NCBI GenBank assembly: GCA_963743305.1
Contig: CAVUPH010000018.1
Coordinates: 58,203 to 122,202 of the forward strand
Direction of reading: 5' to 3'
DNA from: an uncultured delta proteobacterium
GTDB lineage: Bacteria > Desulfobacterota > RBG-13-43-22
Length of the DNA stretch: 64,000 nucleotides
Under the pieces are notes generated by a model. It was not told where the DNA came from. It was given only the letters and a program-made list of their open reading frames with translations, and made no database searches. The position numbers were made by a program, and so were the translations under genes. Shown one piece after another: positions 1 through 10,150 of the stretch (the stretch's first letter is position 1; every line of letters begins with the position of its first letter).

Positions 1-205
1 ACAAGTGCTCGTCCCGCTTCGGGATACCGGTATAGATGGAGGCGGCCTCGATCTCGACTTCCACCGAACCCAGGTCGGGTTTGTCCGGATTGAATTGAAG
101 GGACCCGGAAATCTTGTTGAACTGGCCGCGAACCAGGGTGATCATGAAGTGCCGGACGGTAAAAGTGGCCACGGTGTGATCAGGGTCAATTTTCCACTCA
201 GACAT
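1..205 (-). CDS. YceI family protein (partial, runs off the window start)
   Basis: Not in the ORF track. Hand translation from ATG at 205 gives MSEWKIDPDHTVATFTVRHFMITLVRGQFNKISG...ASIYTGIPKRDEHL, with YceI WxIDxxH and RDxHL motifs; GGAGG RBS at 211-215 on the minus strand. Confidence 0.9.
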   Translation of the reverse strand, partial: MSEWKIDPDHTVATFTVRHFMITLVRGQFNKISGSLQFNPDKPDLGSVEVEIEAASIYTGIPKRDEHL

Positions 206-332
206 AGAAACCTCCTTGAAATTCCATTTGCCAACAACTAGAGGAAAGTTTAACATAGTTTAAAAAAAGTTTCTAGTCCAGCGGCTCGACCCTGTTGTAA
301 AAATATTGATACCATTGATATAGGTGGCTTTT

Positions 333-671
333 ATGGGACGCATGAGTTTTGGCCCCGGGAGGCGATCTTCCCGCAGTCCGGTAAAATCCCCGTCCTCGGA
401 AAAAGACCCGGCGGCTTTTGTCCGGGATTTGAAGAAGTCTCTGCCGGTCCGGGAAAGCTATCGGGACCGCTCTCTGGCTATCCACGGATTGATCTGCGCC
501 CGCTGCGGACGGGAATTCGAGCCGGCTCAGCGGCAATTGCTCACCGTCCATCACCGGGACGGGAACCATCAGAATAACCCGCCTGACGGCAGCAACTGGG
601 AAAATCTATGTATCTATTGCCATGAGGATACCCACTCCCGGGAGTTGCTGGGGGAGTATTTAAAAGACTGA
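333..671 (+). CDS. yajD: YajD-family HNH nuclease
   Basis: YRDRSL..ICARCGREF...LLTVHHRDGNHQNNPPDGSNWENLCIYCHEDTHSR matches the YajD HNH signature. Confidence 0.85.
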   Translation: MGRMSFGPGRRSSRSPVKSPSSEKDPAAFVRDLKKSLPVRESYRDRSLAIHGLICARCGREFEPAQRQLLTVHHRDGNHQNNPPDGSNWENLCIYCHEDTHSRELLGEYLKD

Positions 672-2654
672 ATGATTTCCATCGACCGTGTTTCCAAATT
701 CTATGGCCGGCAGGACCTGCTGAAAGAGGTTTCCTTTTCCATCAATCCCGGGGACAAAATGGCCCTGGTCGGGGCCAACGGCACGGGGAAAACCACGCTT
801 TTCAGAATTCTCCTGGGCGAAATCGAGCCGGACAGCGGCCAGGTCCACCTGAAAAAAGGGGTTCGGTTGGGGCATCTTCCTCAGGAGGTGATCCGGGTAA
901 AGGGAAAAAGGGTCCTGGACCAGGTGATGGAAATGGATCCGGAGCTAAAACGGTACCAAATTGAGTACCGGGAGGTCTCGCGACGGTTGATTGCCGCCTC
1001 TGATCCTGCCGACCAGGAGATTTTGGCCCATAAGCAAAGCCGTTTATTGGAGGAACTGGAACGTCTGGGGGGGTATGATCTGGAGGCCCGGGCCCAACAA
1101 ATCCTGTCCGGTTTGGGCTTCTCGGAGGAACAGTTTCAGGCCCCGGTGGAGACTTTAAGCGGAGGGTGGGTCATGCGGGCGGCCCTGGCCCGGATCCTGC
1201 TGTTGAAGCCCGAGCTGCTCCTTTTGGATGAGCCGACCAATCACCTGGACCTGGATTCGTTATTATGGTTGGAGAATTTTCTTAAAGGGACTTCATCGGC
1301 CCTGCTTTTGATTTCCCACGACCGGGTCTTTATGGATAAAGTGGTCCTGCGGGTCCTCGAGCTGGAAAAGGGGGGTCTGACCTCCTATGCCGGCAATTAC
1401 AGCCGGTACCGGGAAGAAAAAGCCAAGCGCCTCCAGCTTCAAGAGGCCGCCTATTATAATCAGGTAGAGAAGATTCGTCAGATTGAGGACTTTGTCGCCC
1501 GAAACCGGTCCCGAAAAGATCGGGCCAAGCAGGTGCAATCCCGGATTAGGGTTCTGGAGCAAATGGAACGCCTCGAACATCCTCGGGAGGAAAATCAGGT
1601 TTCCTTTCAATTCCAGGAGCCGGTACGGACCGGCAAGGTGGTTTTGGAACTCCAGGGAGTCGGGAAATCGTACGGTGAAAAAATACTCTATCAAGGAGTT
1701 GATCTGACGATCAGCCGGGGAGATTGTGTCGCTTTTCTAGGCCCCAACGGCGCCGGGAAGAGCACGCTGATCAAGATCATGGCCGGGATCGTCCCACCCG
1801 ACCAAGGAAAACGGGAACTGGGGCATCATGTCACCCTGGACTATTTTGCCCAGCATCAACTGGACCAGTTGAGAGGCGAGCGAACGGTCTGGCAGGAGAT
1901 CGGCGATGTGGCCGGCGATCGGACCTACGGGGCCTTGCGAAATCAGTTGGCGGCCTTCCTATTCCGGGAGGAGGATGAAATCAAAAAAAAGGTCTCGGTC
2001 CTTTCCGGGGGGGAGAAAAGCCGTCTGGTGATACTCAAGATGCTCCTGGGCGGGGCCAACTTTCTGCTTTTTGACGAACCCACCAACCATCTGGACATCC
2101 CTTCCCGCGACGTGTTGGAAGAGGCGCTGCGTGCCTTTAACGGGACTATTTGCCTGATTACCCACGACCGGCATCTGATCGATGCCCTGGCCAACCGGAC
2201 GGTGTATATTCGAGACGGGCGGCTGGAAATGTTCCCGGGAAATTACCGGGACTTTGAGCAGATCTGGAAAGGACGAGTGGAATCGAAGGAACCTTCCGAG
2301 GACCCAGATCCCAAAGACCTTTCCCGAGCGGCCGGTTCGAAAAACGGTGCCCCGGGCCGCAAAACGACCCAGGAGAAGCGGCAGGAGGCGGAGCGGCGCA
2401 ACGCCCTGTTTAGACAAAAAGCGCCCCTTAAAAAGGAAATCGAAGAGCTGGAAGGGCGGTTAGCCGGGGCCGGCGCCGAGAAAGAAAGACTGGGGGAAAT
2501 CCTGGCCGATCCGGAATTCTACCGCCAGGGGACGGGGATTCAGGAAGCCCAGCAAGGGTATGGACGGCTTCAGAAGGAAATTGAGACCCTGACCGAGCGT
2601 TGGGCGAAAGCCCTCCAACGGTTGGAAGAACTGGAAGCCCAGGCGGTGGACTGA
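672..2654 (+). CDS. ABC-F family ATP-binding protein (Uup/YheS-like)
   Basis: Two ABC domains (GANGTGKT/LSGG/DEPTNHLD and GPNGAGKS/LSGGE/DEPTNHLD), no transmembrane helices, C-terminal coiled coil. Confidence 0.95.
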   Translation: MISIDRVSKFYGRQDLLKEVSFSINPGDKMALVGANGTGKTTLFRILLGEIEPDSGQVHLKKGVRLGHLPQEVIRVKGKRVLDQVMEMDPELKRYQIEYREVSRRLIAASDPADQEILAHKQSRLLEELERLGGYDLEARAQQILSGLGFSEEQFQAPVETLSGGWVMRAALARILLLKPELLLLDEPTNHLDLDSLLWLENFLKGTSSALLLISHDRVFMDKVVLRVLELEKGGLTSYAGNYSRYREEKAKRLQLQEAAYYNQVEKIRQIEDFVARNRSRKDRAKQVQSRIRVLEQMERLEHPREENQVSFQFQEPVRTGKVVLELQGVGKSYGEKILYQGVDLTISRGDCVAFLGPNGAGKSTLIKIMAGIVPPDQGKRELGHHVTLDYFAQHQLDQLRGERTVWQEIGDVAGDRTYGALRNQLAAFLFREEDEIKKKVSVLSGGEKSRLVILKMLLGGANFLLFDEPTNHLDIPSRDVLEEALRAFNGTICLITHDRHLIDALANRTVYIRDGRLEMFPGNYRDFEQIWKGRVESKEPSEDPDPKDLSRAAGSKNGAPGRKTTQEKRQEAERRNALFRQKAPLKKEIEELEGRLAGAGAEKERLGEILADPEFYRQGTGIQEAQQGYGRLQKEIETLTERWAKALQRLEELEAQAVD

Positions 2655-2700
2655 TCCGGGCAAGAAATTATCCCTACCACTTTGATGAACAAGTTAGTAT

Positions 2701-2867
2701 AAATCCGAAATTCGAAGCACGAATTCGACTCGGCTGAGCCTTTCGGTAAACTCAAGGCCCTGAGCTTGTCGAAGGGCTCGTCGCAGGCCGAAATAAGCAC
2801 AAAGGTCCAAAATCCAAATGATCAAAACAAAAACGTTTCGATTTTCGATTTTCGATTTTCGGATTTC
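2701..2867. repeat. Composite intergenic palindrome: AAATCCG/AAATTCG heptamer arms around a CCCTGAGCTTGTCGAAGGG hairpin module
   Basis: Left arm aaatccgaaattcgaagcacgaa, right arm ttcgattttcgattttcggatttc; the same left arm occurs at 49298-49365. Confidence 0.7.
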
Positions 2868-3339
2868 CAGCCGAAAATTAAAATATTTTTGGTTAGCCTT
2901 TTCTTTGATACTGCTGCTGCTTCCTGCGTCCACGGTCTGGGGCGTGGATTGGAAATTTTACAGCGCCAATGAATACTTTTTTTGCCTCTATGATCCCGAT
3001 CGGGTGCTCCGTCCGGAACCGGACGTGGTTCACGTCTGGGCCAACTGGATTGCCACCCCGGAAGGAAAAAAATACCGGACCCGGGAAATGGCTCAAACGA
3101 AAATCCCTAAATCCGCGTTGGAACGCTACGAGTCCACCCGGGTCCGGATGGCCCTCCATTGCGCCGATCGCACCTATCAGCTCTTGTCGATCGCCGATTA
3201 CGATGATCAGCAGCGAGAGATCGGGAATGGATCGCAGGCTTGTTTTTTGGAGGAGTTCGTAACCCGCCAGCCGATTGGAAAGAACTCCAGCGAAGAAGAC
3301 TTGTACAAAATTCTTTGTTCGGGCCAAAAAGGCAAATAG
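2818..3339 (+). CDS. Secreted hypothetical protein, surface-adhesin-E-like
   Basis: Hydrophobic signal peptide followed by DWKFY...VHVW...ALHCADRTYQLLSIADYD. The true start is probably downstream of the repeat-derived N-terminus. Confidence 0.55.
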   Translation: MIKTKTFRFSIFDFRISSRKLKYFWLAFSLILLLLPASTVWGVDWKFYSANEYFFCLYDPDRVLRPEPDVVHVWANWIATPEGKKYRTREMAQTKIPKSALERYESTRVRMALHCADRTYQLLSIADYDDQQREIGNGSQACFLEEFVTRQPIGKNSSEEDLYKILCSGQKGK

Positions 3340-3713
3340 CTGGATTCTTACATCCATCGCTCTGAGAATTAGTTGAATCAAAAATTATAAACCAACTGAA
3401 AATTGGCCAATCTGGGATGGGCACCCTGAGGCAGAAAATTTTTACGAAGAATCTCGGCTTTCAGCTCAGGGACGGCCCGGGGGATCCTTCAGGCGTCAAG
3501 GACGGGCGTGAATCCATCAGAATTACAAAAAAGGTTGAGATCGATTCGATTCAAGCGCCGATTGGCTCGGAAGGCTGTTAGGGTATAAGACGCTTCGCCC
3601 TTTTGGCGGTTTAATCCCCAGGGGCGTCGGCCAAGGAGGACCAATTCGGGATTGTTCTGCGCTATATTGTACCCACGTAGCCAAAAGGGCGAACCAGGGG
3701 TATGACCCTCGGG

Positions 3714-4620
3714 TTAGCCTGCGGCCTTTCGGGCCAGGAAAATCCCCAACAGGACCAACAGGCCGCCCAGGACCTGCCAGTGCTCCAGTCCTTCCCGGAG
3801 AAGAACCCAGGCAAACAGGGCGGCCAGAACCGGCTGGAGCAAAAGGGTTACTGAGGAAAAAGAGGCGGGCAGTTGGGCCAGGGAAAAAGTAATCAGGCCC
3901 TGGCCGGCCACATGGGAGATTAAGGCCAGGCCGATCAGGACCAGCCAGCCCTGGAAAGAAAGGGCGAAAAAATTTTCTCCGGATACCCGGGTGACCCAGA
4001 AGGAGCAGGACCATCGAACCGGCGGTGGTCCAATTCATGATGATCGCCGTGGAAAAATCCCGGCGGAGATATTTGATGGATAAAAGATACCCGGCATAAA
4101 ATATCGAGGCGATCAGGGCCAGAAGATCTCCCCACACCTGTTCCAGACGGAGTTGGAGGCTTCCGCCCACAATCAGGGTGGCGCCGGCTAGAGCCGAAAG
4201 CATACCGACTAAAAAAACTTTTTTGATTCGATCCTTAAACAGCCACCAGCCGCCTAACGTTACCCAGAGAGGAGCATAATTGACCAGCAGGGTGGCGTTG
4301 GCTACGGAGGTGAGACGCAAGGAGACCATGCCAGAGGATAGGTCACCGGCGAAAAATAAGGCGGCCAGAGACAACCGCAGATAGTCGCTTTACCGGGAGA
4401 GGCCGCCTGTCCGAGACGTTGACGCCCTTGATCACGGATCGTCCAGAGCCAGAGGGCGGGCCAGGCCAGCAGCAGACGCCAGAAGGCCGTGGCCAGAGGA
4501 CCGACCTCGCTGATCCGGACAAAAATGGGGGCAAAGGAAATGGCGGCGGCCCCGCCAATGCAGGGCCAGAAGGGGAAGGTGGGGGGTTGTCGGGGTAGAA
4601 GTCGGTGCAATAGAGCTGAT
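3714..4620 (-). pseudogene. EamA/DMT family transporter split by at least two frameshifts (possibly assembly error)
   Basis: Pieces in three frames: AAISFAPIFVRISEVGPLATAFWR; TSVANATLLVNYAPLWV...GDLLALIASIFYAGY; GQGLITFSLAQLPASFSSVTLLLQPVLAALFAWVLLRE. The 5' end is approximate. Confidence 0.8.
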
Positions 4621-4744
4621 GCCGGATATTGGATAAGAAGCGGTTGCAGGGGCCAATGGCGATTGAAAGCACCAAGCTGGTTAGGCGAGACATCAAGGCA
4701 GGTCAAGAGGGCGCCATTTCAATTGCCAGCGGATACGATCCAGG

Positions 4745-5323
4745 TCATCTGGCGTATAATCCGTAGGGAGAGAAGGGGAGGTCCCGGAATATTTTTTTTT
4801 CCTGGTTAAAGGAGCTTTCCAGGAGGGCGGCGATTCGTTGTTGGTCTTCGGGGGTGCGGCCATAACGCTCCTGCAGATAGCGAAACCGGGTCTCCAGGTC
4901 AACGATTTCGTCGTGCAAGACCCGTTTATCGGCATAATGAACGAGCTCTATTTCGGTTATTCGGTGATTTCGGGATTGCCCCTCATCCAGGTTGACGTGC
5001 TGGGCGACGATTTCGGCGACTTCCGGATAACCGCGGGTCCGTAAAAAATCGGCCCCGATTTCGGTATGTTTTTTTTTGGTTTTCAGACACTCGGTCTTGG
5101 CGATGTCATGGAGGAGCGCCCCGGCTTCCAAAAGGGCCAGATCCAGGGGAGGGTTGGAGGACGGCAAATGGGTCGCCAGGACCTGGGCCACCCGGGCCAC
5201 CTGCAGGCTGTGGTTGCGGATATTGGGGAGCATACCCTGGTCTGCCATCAGGGCCAGGCACTCTTCCCGGGAGGGGACGCGGGGCTTAAGCTCGGATGAA
5301 TGGGAGTTAGGGGATAGGGTCAT
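4745..5323 (-). CDS. HD-domain (HDIG-type) phosphohydrolase
   Basis: NIRNHSLQVA...GALLHDIAK...HYADKRV. Confidence 0.9.
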   Translation of the reverse strand: MTLSPNSHSSELKPRVPSREECLALMADQGMLPNIRNHSLQVARVAQVLATHLPSSNPPLDLALLEAGALLHDIAKTECLKTKKKHTEIGADFLRTRGYPEVAEIVAQHVNLDEGQSRNHRITEIELVHYADKRVLHDEIVDLETRFRYLQERYGRTPEDQQRIAALLESSFNQEKKIFRDLPFSPYGLYAR

Positions 5324-5373
5324 CGCTCAGGTTCTCTTTTTAGAAATGAATTAGACGAATTCGATCGAACGCC

Positions 5374-5407
5374 CATGCCCTGGGCGGGAACCTCGAAGCA
5401 TGAAAAT
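5374..5407 (+). repeat. CATGCCC...CATGAAAAT short dispersed element (core only)
   Basis: catgccctgggcgggaacctcgaagcatgaaaat; related copies at 7480, 13182 and 18479 (reverse). Confidence 0.7.
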
Positions 5408-5503
5408 AAAGGGGCAGACATAAGCCTAAGTTTTTGACATTCATAATTATCCATTATTAGTTGATTGATGAATGTTCGAGTGGCGCCGGGTTCAATTTTC
5501 GTA

Positions 5504-7456
5504 CTAAACCCTCAACTCCGGCAGGTCCCGGTACAGCTCCAGGGCCTGGGGATTGGCCAGGGCGTCCCGGTTGGTTACGGGTTTGCCGTGGACCACATTA
5601 CGAACCGCCAACTCCACCTTCTTCATATTGATCGTGTAGGGAATGTCGGCCACCGGGATGATCTTGGCCGGTACATGGCGGGGAGAAGTGTTTTCCCGAA
5701 TGGTTTTGTTGATCTTTTTAGCCAGGGTCTCATTGAATTCCACTCCGGGGGCCAGTTTGATGAAAAGAATGATGCGGACATCGTTGTCCCAGTCCTGGCC
5801 GATGACGATGCTGTCGGCGATCTCCTCCAGGGTCTCCACCTGGCGGTAGATGTCGGCGGTGCCGATGCGCACTCCGCCCGGGTTCAGCGTGGCATCCGAA
5901 CGCCCGTAGAAGATCACCCCGCCGTTTTCGGTGATCTCGATGAAGTCCCCATGGGTCCAGATGTTGGGAAAGACCCGGAAATAGGCGTTCAAATATTTTT
6001 CGTTATCGGGATCTTTCCAGAAATAGAGCGGCATGGAGGGGAAAGGGGCTTCGCAAACCAGTTCCCCCTGTTCGCCGATCACCGCCTTTCCTTCGGTGTC
6101 ATAGGCCTTGACCTTCATGGCCAGACCCCGACACTGCAGCTCCCCCTCGTAGACCGGGCCGAGGGGATTGCCCAGGCCGAAGCAGCCGTTTAAATCCGTT
6201 CCCCCGGCGATGGAGGCCAACTGGACATCCGGCTTGATGTCCCGGTAGACGTAGTGAAAACTTTCAGCCGGGAGCGGGGAACCGGTGGAGAGAATGGCCT
6301 TCATCGGGGTCAGGTCGAATCGTGATCCGGGCTTGAAGCCCTCCTTCTCGATGGCGGCCAGGTAGCGGGCGCTGGTCCCGAAAACGGTTACCTTTTCATC
6401 CTGGGCCAGTTTCCAGAGGGCCCCCGGGTCGGGGTAGAAAGGCGAACCGTCGAACAGTACCAGTGTGGCCCCCACGGCCAGGGAACTGGTCAGCCAGTTC
6501 CACATCATCCAACCGCAGGTGGTGAAATAAAAAATCGTGTCTTCCCGCTTCAGATCGGTGTGGAGCATAAGCTCCTTGAGGTGATGGACCAATATGCCCG
6601 CTACCCCCTGGACCATGCACTTGGGCAGGCCGGTGGTCCCGGAGGAATACATGATATATAGGGGATGATCGGCCGAGACCTGTACAAAGTTGATTTCCGG
6701 GTGATCGACCGGGGTAAGAAAATCCTGATAATGGACGGCGTTGGGGATGGGTCCCAGGTCGGCCCGCTGTTCGGTGTAGGGGACCACCACCACCTTTTGG
6801 ATGGAAGGGAGCTGCGAAATGATATCGGCAACCCGGGCCAGCGAATCAAAGGACTTGCCGTTATAGGAATAGCCATTGGCGGTGAAAAGGACCTTGGGTT
6901 CGATCTGGCCGAAACGGTCCAGGACCCCCTTGATCCCAAAATCCGGCGAGCAGGAAGACCAGACGGCGCCCAGGCTGGCGGCGGCCAGCATGGCGATGAT
7001 GGTTTCCATCATATTGGGCATGAAGCCCACCACCCGGTCCCCGGGTTGAATACCCTCCAGCCGCAGGGACAGGGCCAAGGCCGCTACCTGAGCGTACAAC
7101 TCGGCATAGGTGATTCGGCGCGGTTCCTGCACCTCGCCCTTAAAAATCAGGGCCACTCGGTCGTCCCGATAGCGGAGCAGGTTTTCGGCAAAGTTCAACC
7201 GGGCCCCTTCAAACCACTTCGCCCCGGGCATCTTGCCCGGATCGTCCACCACCCGGTCATAACCCCGGGAGGCCTGGACTCCGGCAAACTCCCAAAAGGC
7301 GGCCCAGAAATCCGGGATCTCGGTGATGGACCACTCGTACAATTCCGGATAGTCCTCAAAGTCCTTATCGAATTTCCGGTTGACCCACTGGATAAAGCGG
7401 GTCAGGTTAGCTTGTTTTTTTCGCTCGGCGGACGGTTCCCAGAGTGGTTTTTTCAT
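5504..7456 (-). CDS. Acetoacetate-CoA ligase
   Basis: MKKPLWEPS start, YSSGTTGLPKCMV, TTCGWMMWNWL, GRSDATLNPGGVRIGT, KKVELAV. Confidence 0.95.
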   Translation of the reverse strand: MKKPLWEPSAERKKQANLTRFIQWVNRKFDKDFEDYPELYEWSITEIPDFWAAFWEFAGVQASRGYDRVVDDPGKMPGAKWFEGARLNFAENLLRYRDDRVALIFKGEVQEPRRITYAELYAQVAALALSLRLEGIQPGDRVVGFMPNMMETIIAMLAAASLGAVWSSCSPDFGIKGVLDRFGQIEPKVLFTANGYSYNGKSFDSLARVADIISQLPSIQKVVVVPYTEQRADLGPIPNAVHYQDFLTPVDHPEINFVQVSADHPLYIMYSSGTTGLPKCMVQGVAGILVHHLKELMLHTDLKREDTIFYFTTCGWMMWNWLTSSLAVGATLVLFDGSPFYPDPGALWKLAQDEKVTVFGTSARYLAAIEKEGFKPGSRFDLTPMKAILSTGSPLPAESFHYVYRDIKPDVQLASIAGGTDLNGCFGLGNPLGPVYEGELQCRGLAMKVKAYDTEGKAVIGEQGELVCEAPFPSMPLYFWKDPDNEKYLNAYFRVFPNIWTHGDFIEITENGGVIFYGRSDATLNPGGVRIGTADIYRQVETLEEIADSIVIGQDWDNDVRIILFIKLAPGVEFNETLAKKINKTIRENTSPRHVPAKIIPVADIPYTINMKKVELAVRNVVHGKPVTNRDALANPQALELYRDLPELRV

Positions 7457-7479
7457 AAGGGCCTCTTTATAACAGATGG

Positions 7480-7531
7480 ATTTCTATCTTATATCCTCAT
7501 GCCCAGGGCGGGTACCCCGAAACATAAAAAT
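7480..7531 (+). repeat. CATGCCC...CATAAAAAT dispersed element
   Basis: atttctatcttatatcctcatgcccagggcgggtaccccgaaacataaaaat, followed by degenerate heptamer repeats (ccttgca ccttgga ccatacg ccctgca cctcgcg) at 7545-7595. Confidence 0.65.
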
Positions 7532-7904
7532 GGTTTTCGCCAAACCTTGCACCTTGGACCATACGCCCTGCACCTCGCGCCTAAGCGTCGAGCCCTGCTT
7601 TTTTATTAAAGCAATTCACCATATTTAAAAAAAAATAAGGTGTCAAGCAGGATATTCGGTAAGCTAACTATCATTAACTGTTTAAGATATGGGATATTTT
7701 GGCTTTCAGGGGCCAGTCGCTGTGAAGAATGATGATCTCCTCGCTCCAAGGGGCCGGTCTGAATTTTTATTCGTACGTTCGATAAATCGCGGCTTATTAA
7801 GAAACAAGGGACCGTAGATCCTCGAATTCAAATCGAAGTAATTTCCACGCTACAAAAAATGTTTGCCTTTTGATTGAAAAGGGTGACAGCGCGGGTCTCT
7901 TCAT

Positions 7905-9629
7905 TCACCGCTGATAGCGGTTGGTGATCGGCAGCCGCCAGTCCTTGCCGAAGGCCCGGGTGGTTATTTTGATGCCCGGCGGGCTTTGGCGGCGTTTATA
8001 TTCGTTGCGGTCCACCAGGCGAATTACCTTTTCCACCATGGCTTGATCAAATCCCCGCCGGACCATCTCCTCCACCGAACAGCTTTCCTCCACATAGGCT
8101 TGAAGAATGGGATCCAGCAGGTCGTATTCGGGCAGGGAGTCGGAATCCTTCTGATCGGGGCGAAGCTCCGCGGAAGGAGGCTTTTCCAGGACCCGTCGGG
8201 GCAGGAGTTCTTTCCCGGCCAGTTGGTTCCGGTGACGGCACAGTTCGTAGACCAGGATCTTGGGCACATCCTTTAACACGGCGAATCCTCCGGCCGTATC
8301 CCCGTACAGGGTGGAATAGCCCACGCCGGTCTCGCTTTTATTGCCGGTGGTCAGCACCAGCCAGCCGAACTTGTTGGAAAGGGCCATCAGGATCGTTCCC
8401 CGGATTCGGGGTTGCAGGTTTTCTTCCGTCAGTTCCTCCGGCAGCCCTTGAAAATGGGGATTCAGGACTTCCAGGTAGGTTTGAAAAAGGGCGTCGATAG
8501 GAATGACGGAAAAATGAATGCCGAGATTTTGGGCCAATTGCTCGGCGTCTTCCAGACTATGGGAAGAGGAAAAGCGGGTGGGCAGGGCGATGCCGTGCAC
8601 CCGCGCGGGCCCCAGGGCGTCGGCGGCCAGGACGGCGGTCAGGGAACTGTCCACCCCGCCGGAAAGACCCAGCACCACTTCCTTGAATCCGTTCTTGCGC
8701 ACATAGTCTCTAGTTCCTAAAACCAGGGCCTGGTAGCCTTCCGCGGTACGGGGCAGAGGGGCTTGCTTTTTAGGAACGGCGGAGACCGTTTTGGAAGCCG
8801 GGGGAAGAGGCGGGAGAAGGATCTCCCGCAGGGAACCGCTATCCTCTCGGGGCTGCTTTCGCCGCCGCGGATCAAATAGACGCCAGCGAAAGACTTCGGT
8901 CAGGTCCAGATCGGCCACCAGAAAATCTTCTTCAAATTGGGCCGCCCGGGCCAGAATTTCCCCCTGGGGTCCGAAGATCAGACTCTGCCCGTCGAAGATC
9001 AGTTCATCCTGGCCGCCCACCAGGTTGCAATAGACCAGATAGGAGCGATTGTCCGCCGCCCGGGTGGCCAGCATCCGCTCCCGATCGCCTCCCTTGCCCA
9101 GGTAGAAGGGTGAGGAGGAGATATTGATCAGCAGTTGGGCCCCGCCGGGGCCGGCCTGTTCCCGGGCCGGGCCGTCCGGGTACCAGAGGTCTTCGCAAAT
9201 ACTGACCCCGAAACAGGCCTCGCCCCATCGAAAGACGACATTGTTTTGCCCCACCTTAAAGTAGCGATTTTCATCAAAAACCCCGTAATTGGGAAGTAAT
9301 TGCTTATGATAAACCGCCTGGATCCGACCATCGGCCGCGACCAGGGCGCTGTTATAGAGATCGTCTTCCACCCAGAGACCGCCGATAACGGCCACTAACC
9401 CTTTCGTCTGGGGCAGGAGGTCCAGGAGGGTCTGCCGGGCGGCATAAACAAAATCCGGTTTCAGCAACAGGTCCTCGGGCGGGTATCCGCTGACGGCCAT
9501 TTCCGGAAAGGCCACCAGGTCCACTTCCTGCCTGCGGGCCAATTCCAACTGTTCTTCGATCTTCCGGCGATTTCCCGGAAGGTCACCCACGGTGGTGTTG
9601 ATCTGGGACAGGGCGATGCGCAGGTTCAT
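7905..9629 (-). CDS. nadE: Glutamine-dependent NAD+ synthetase
   Basis: Nitrilase-like domain (FPE, KQLLPNYGVFDE, ICEDLW) plus synthetase domain (GLSGGVDS, TTGNKSE, PSAELRPDQKD). Start reset to MNLRIALSQ at 9629. Confidence 0.95.
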   Translation of the reverse strand: MNLRIALSQINTTVGDLPGNRRKIEEQLELARRQEVDLVAFPEMAVSGYPPEDLLLKPDFVYAARQTLLDLLPQTKGLVAVIGGLWVEDDLYNSALVAADGRIQAVYHKQLLPNYGVFDENRYFKVGQNNVVFRWGEACFGVSICEDLWYPDGPAREQAGPGGAQLLINISSSPFYLGKGGDRERMLATRAADNRSYLVYCNLVGGQDELIFDGQSLIFGPQGEILARAAQFEEDFLVADLDLTEVFRWRLFDPRRRKQPREDSGSLREILLPPLPPASKTVSAVPKKQAPLPRTAEGYQALVLGTRDYVRKNGFKEVVLGLSGGVDSSLTAVLAADALGPARVHGIALPTRFSSSHSLEDAEQLAQNLGIHFSVIPIDALFQTYLEVLNPHFQGLPEELTEENLQPRIRGTILMALSNKFGWLVLTTGNKSETGVGYSTLYGDTAGGFAVLKDVPKILVYELCRHRNQLAGKELLPRRVLEKPPSAELRPDQKDSDSLPEYDLLDPILQAYVEESCSVEEMVRRGFDQAMVEKVIRLVDRNEYKRRQSPPGIKITTRAFGKDWRLPITNRYQR

Positions 9630-9785
9630 AGGGTAGCCACTCCTTGTAAATATTAAGATAAGTGTATCACAAAGGGGAAAAGGATTGCAATGAACCGAAA
9701 TTTCTTTCGTTGACACTCCGCAGCTTTTTTGATTTAAGGTGAGCGATGGATTGTGTCCTTTTTTATCAGGGGTTTTGTATAGCTC

Positions 9786-9914
9786 AGATCCTTCGCGGAG
9801 TTTATCCTGAGCCGAAAACCCAGATCCTTCGCGTTGCTCAGGATGACGGCAGGCGAAGGGCTCAGGATGACAAGAGAAGGACTCAGGATGACAAGAGAAG
9901 GACTCAGGATTACA
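9786..9914. repeat. Nested/tandem REP-like CTCAGGATGAC cluster
   Basis: ctcaggatgac at 9837, 9861 and 9882, ctcaggattac at 9903 (21-24 bp period); two agatccttcgcg heads at 9786 and 9822. Confidence 0.85.
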
Positions 9915-9962
9915 GGGACCGTGCAATGCCGGTCACCCGGAGCGGAGCGAAAGGAAATAGAT

Positions 9963-10108
9963 TTGACGACCTCGCAAAAAGTCCAAAACCCTGTCATGGC
10001 GAGCGAAGCGAAGCAATCCCCATCATGGTAACTAGCTGATTCTTGGGGATTGCTTCGTCGCTTCACTCCTCGCAATGACAGCGCTGGAGACTTTTTGCGA
10101 AACAATCA
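9963..10108. repeat. ~145-bp palindromic MITE/REP-doublet element, copy A
   Basis: tcgcaaaaagtc...gtcatggcgag..gaagcaatccc / gggattgcttcg..ctcgcaatgac...gactttttgcga. Confidence 0.9.
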
Positions 10109-10150
10109 GATTTATAGCTTTGAATTTATTTAGAGCGGAAGGGAAAGCCC

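Noticed and set aside
9837-9914. Possible mini CRISPR array
   Set aside because: Units are only 21-24 bp, the intervening sequences are near-identical rather than unique spacers, no cas genes are present, and the motif belongs to a REP-like family.
9630-9926. 98-aa N-terminal extension of NadE in the ORF track
   Set aside because: It is translated repeat DNA; family homology begins at MNLRIALSQ (9629).
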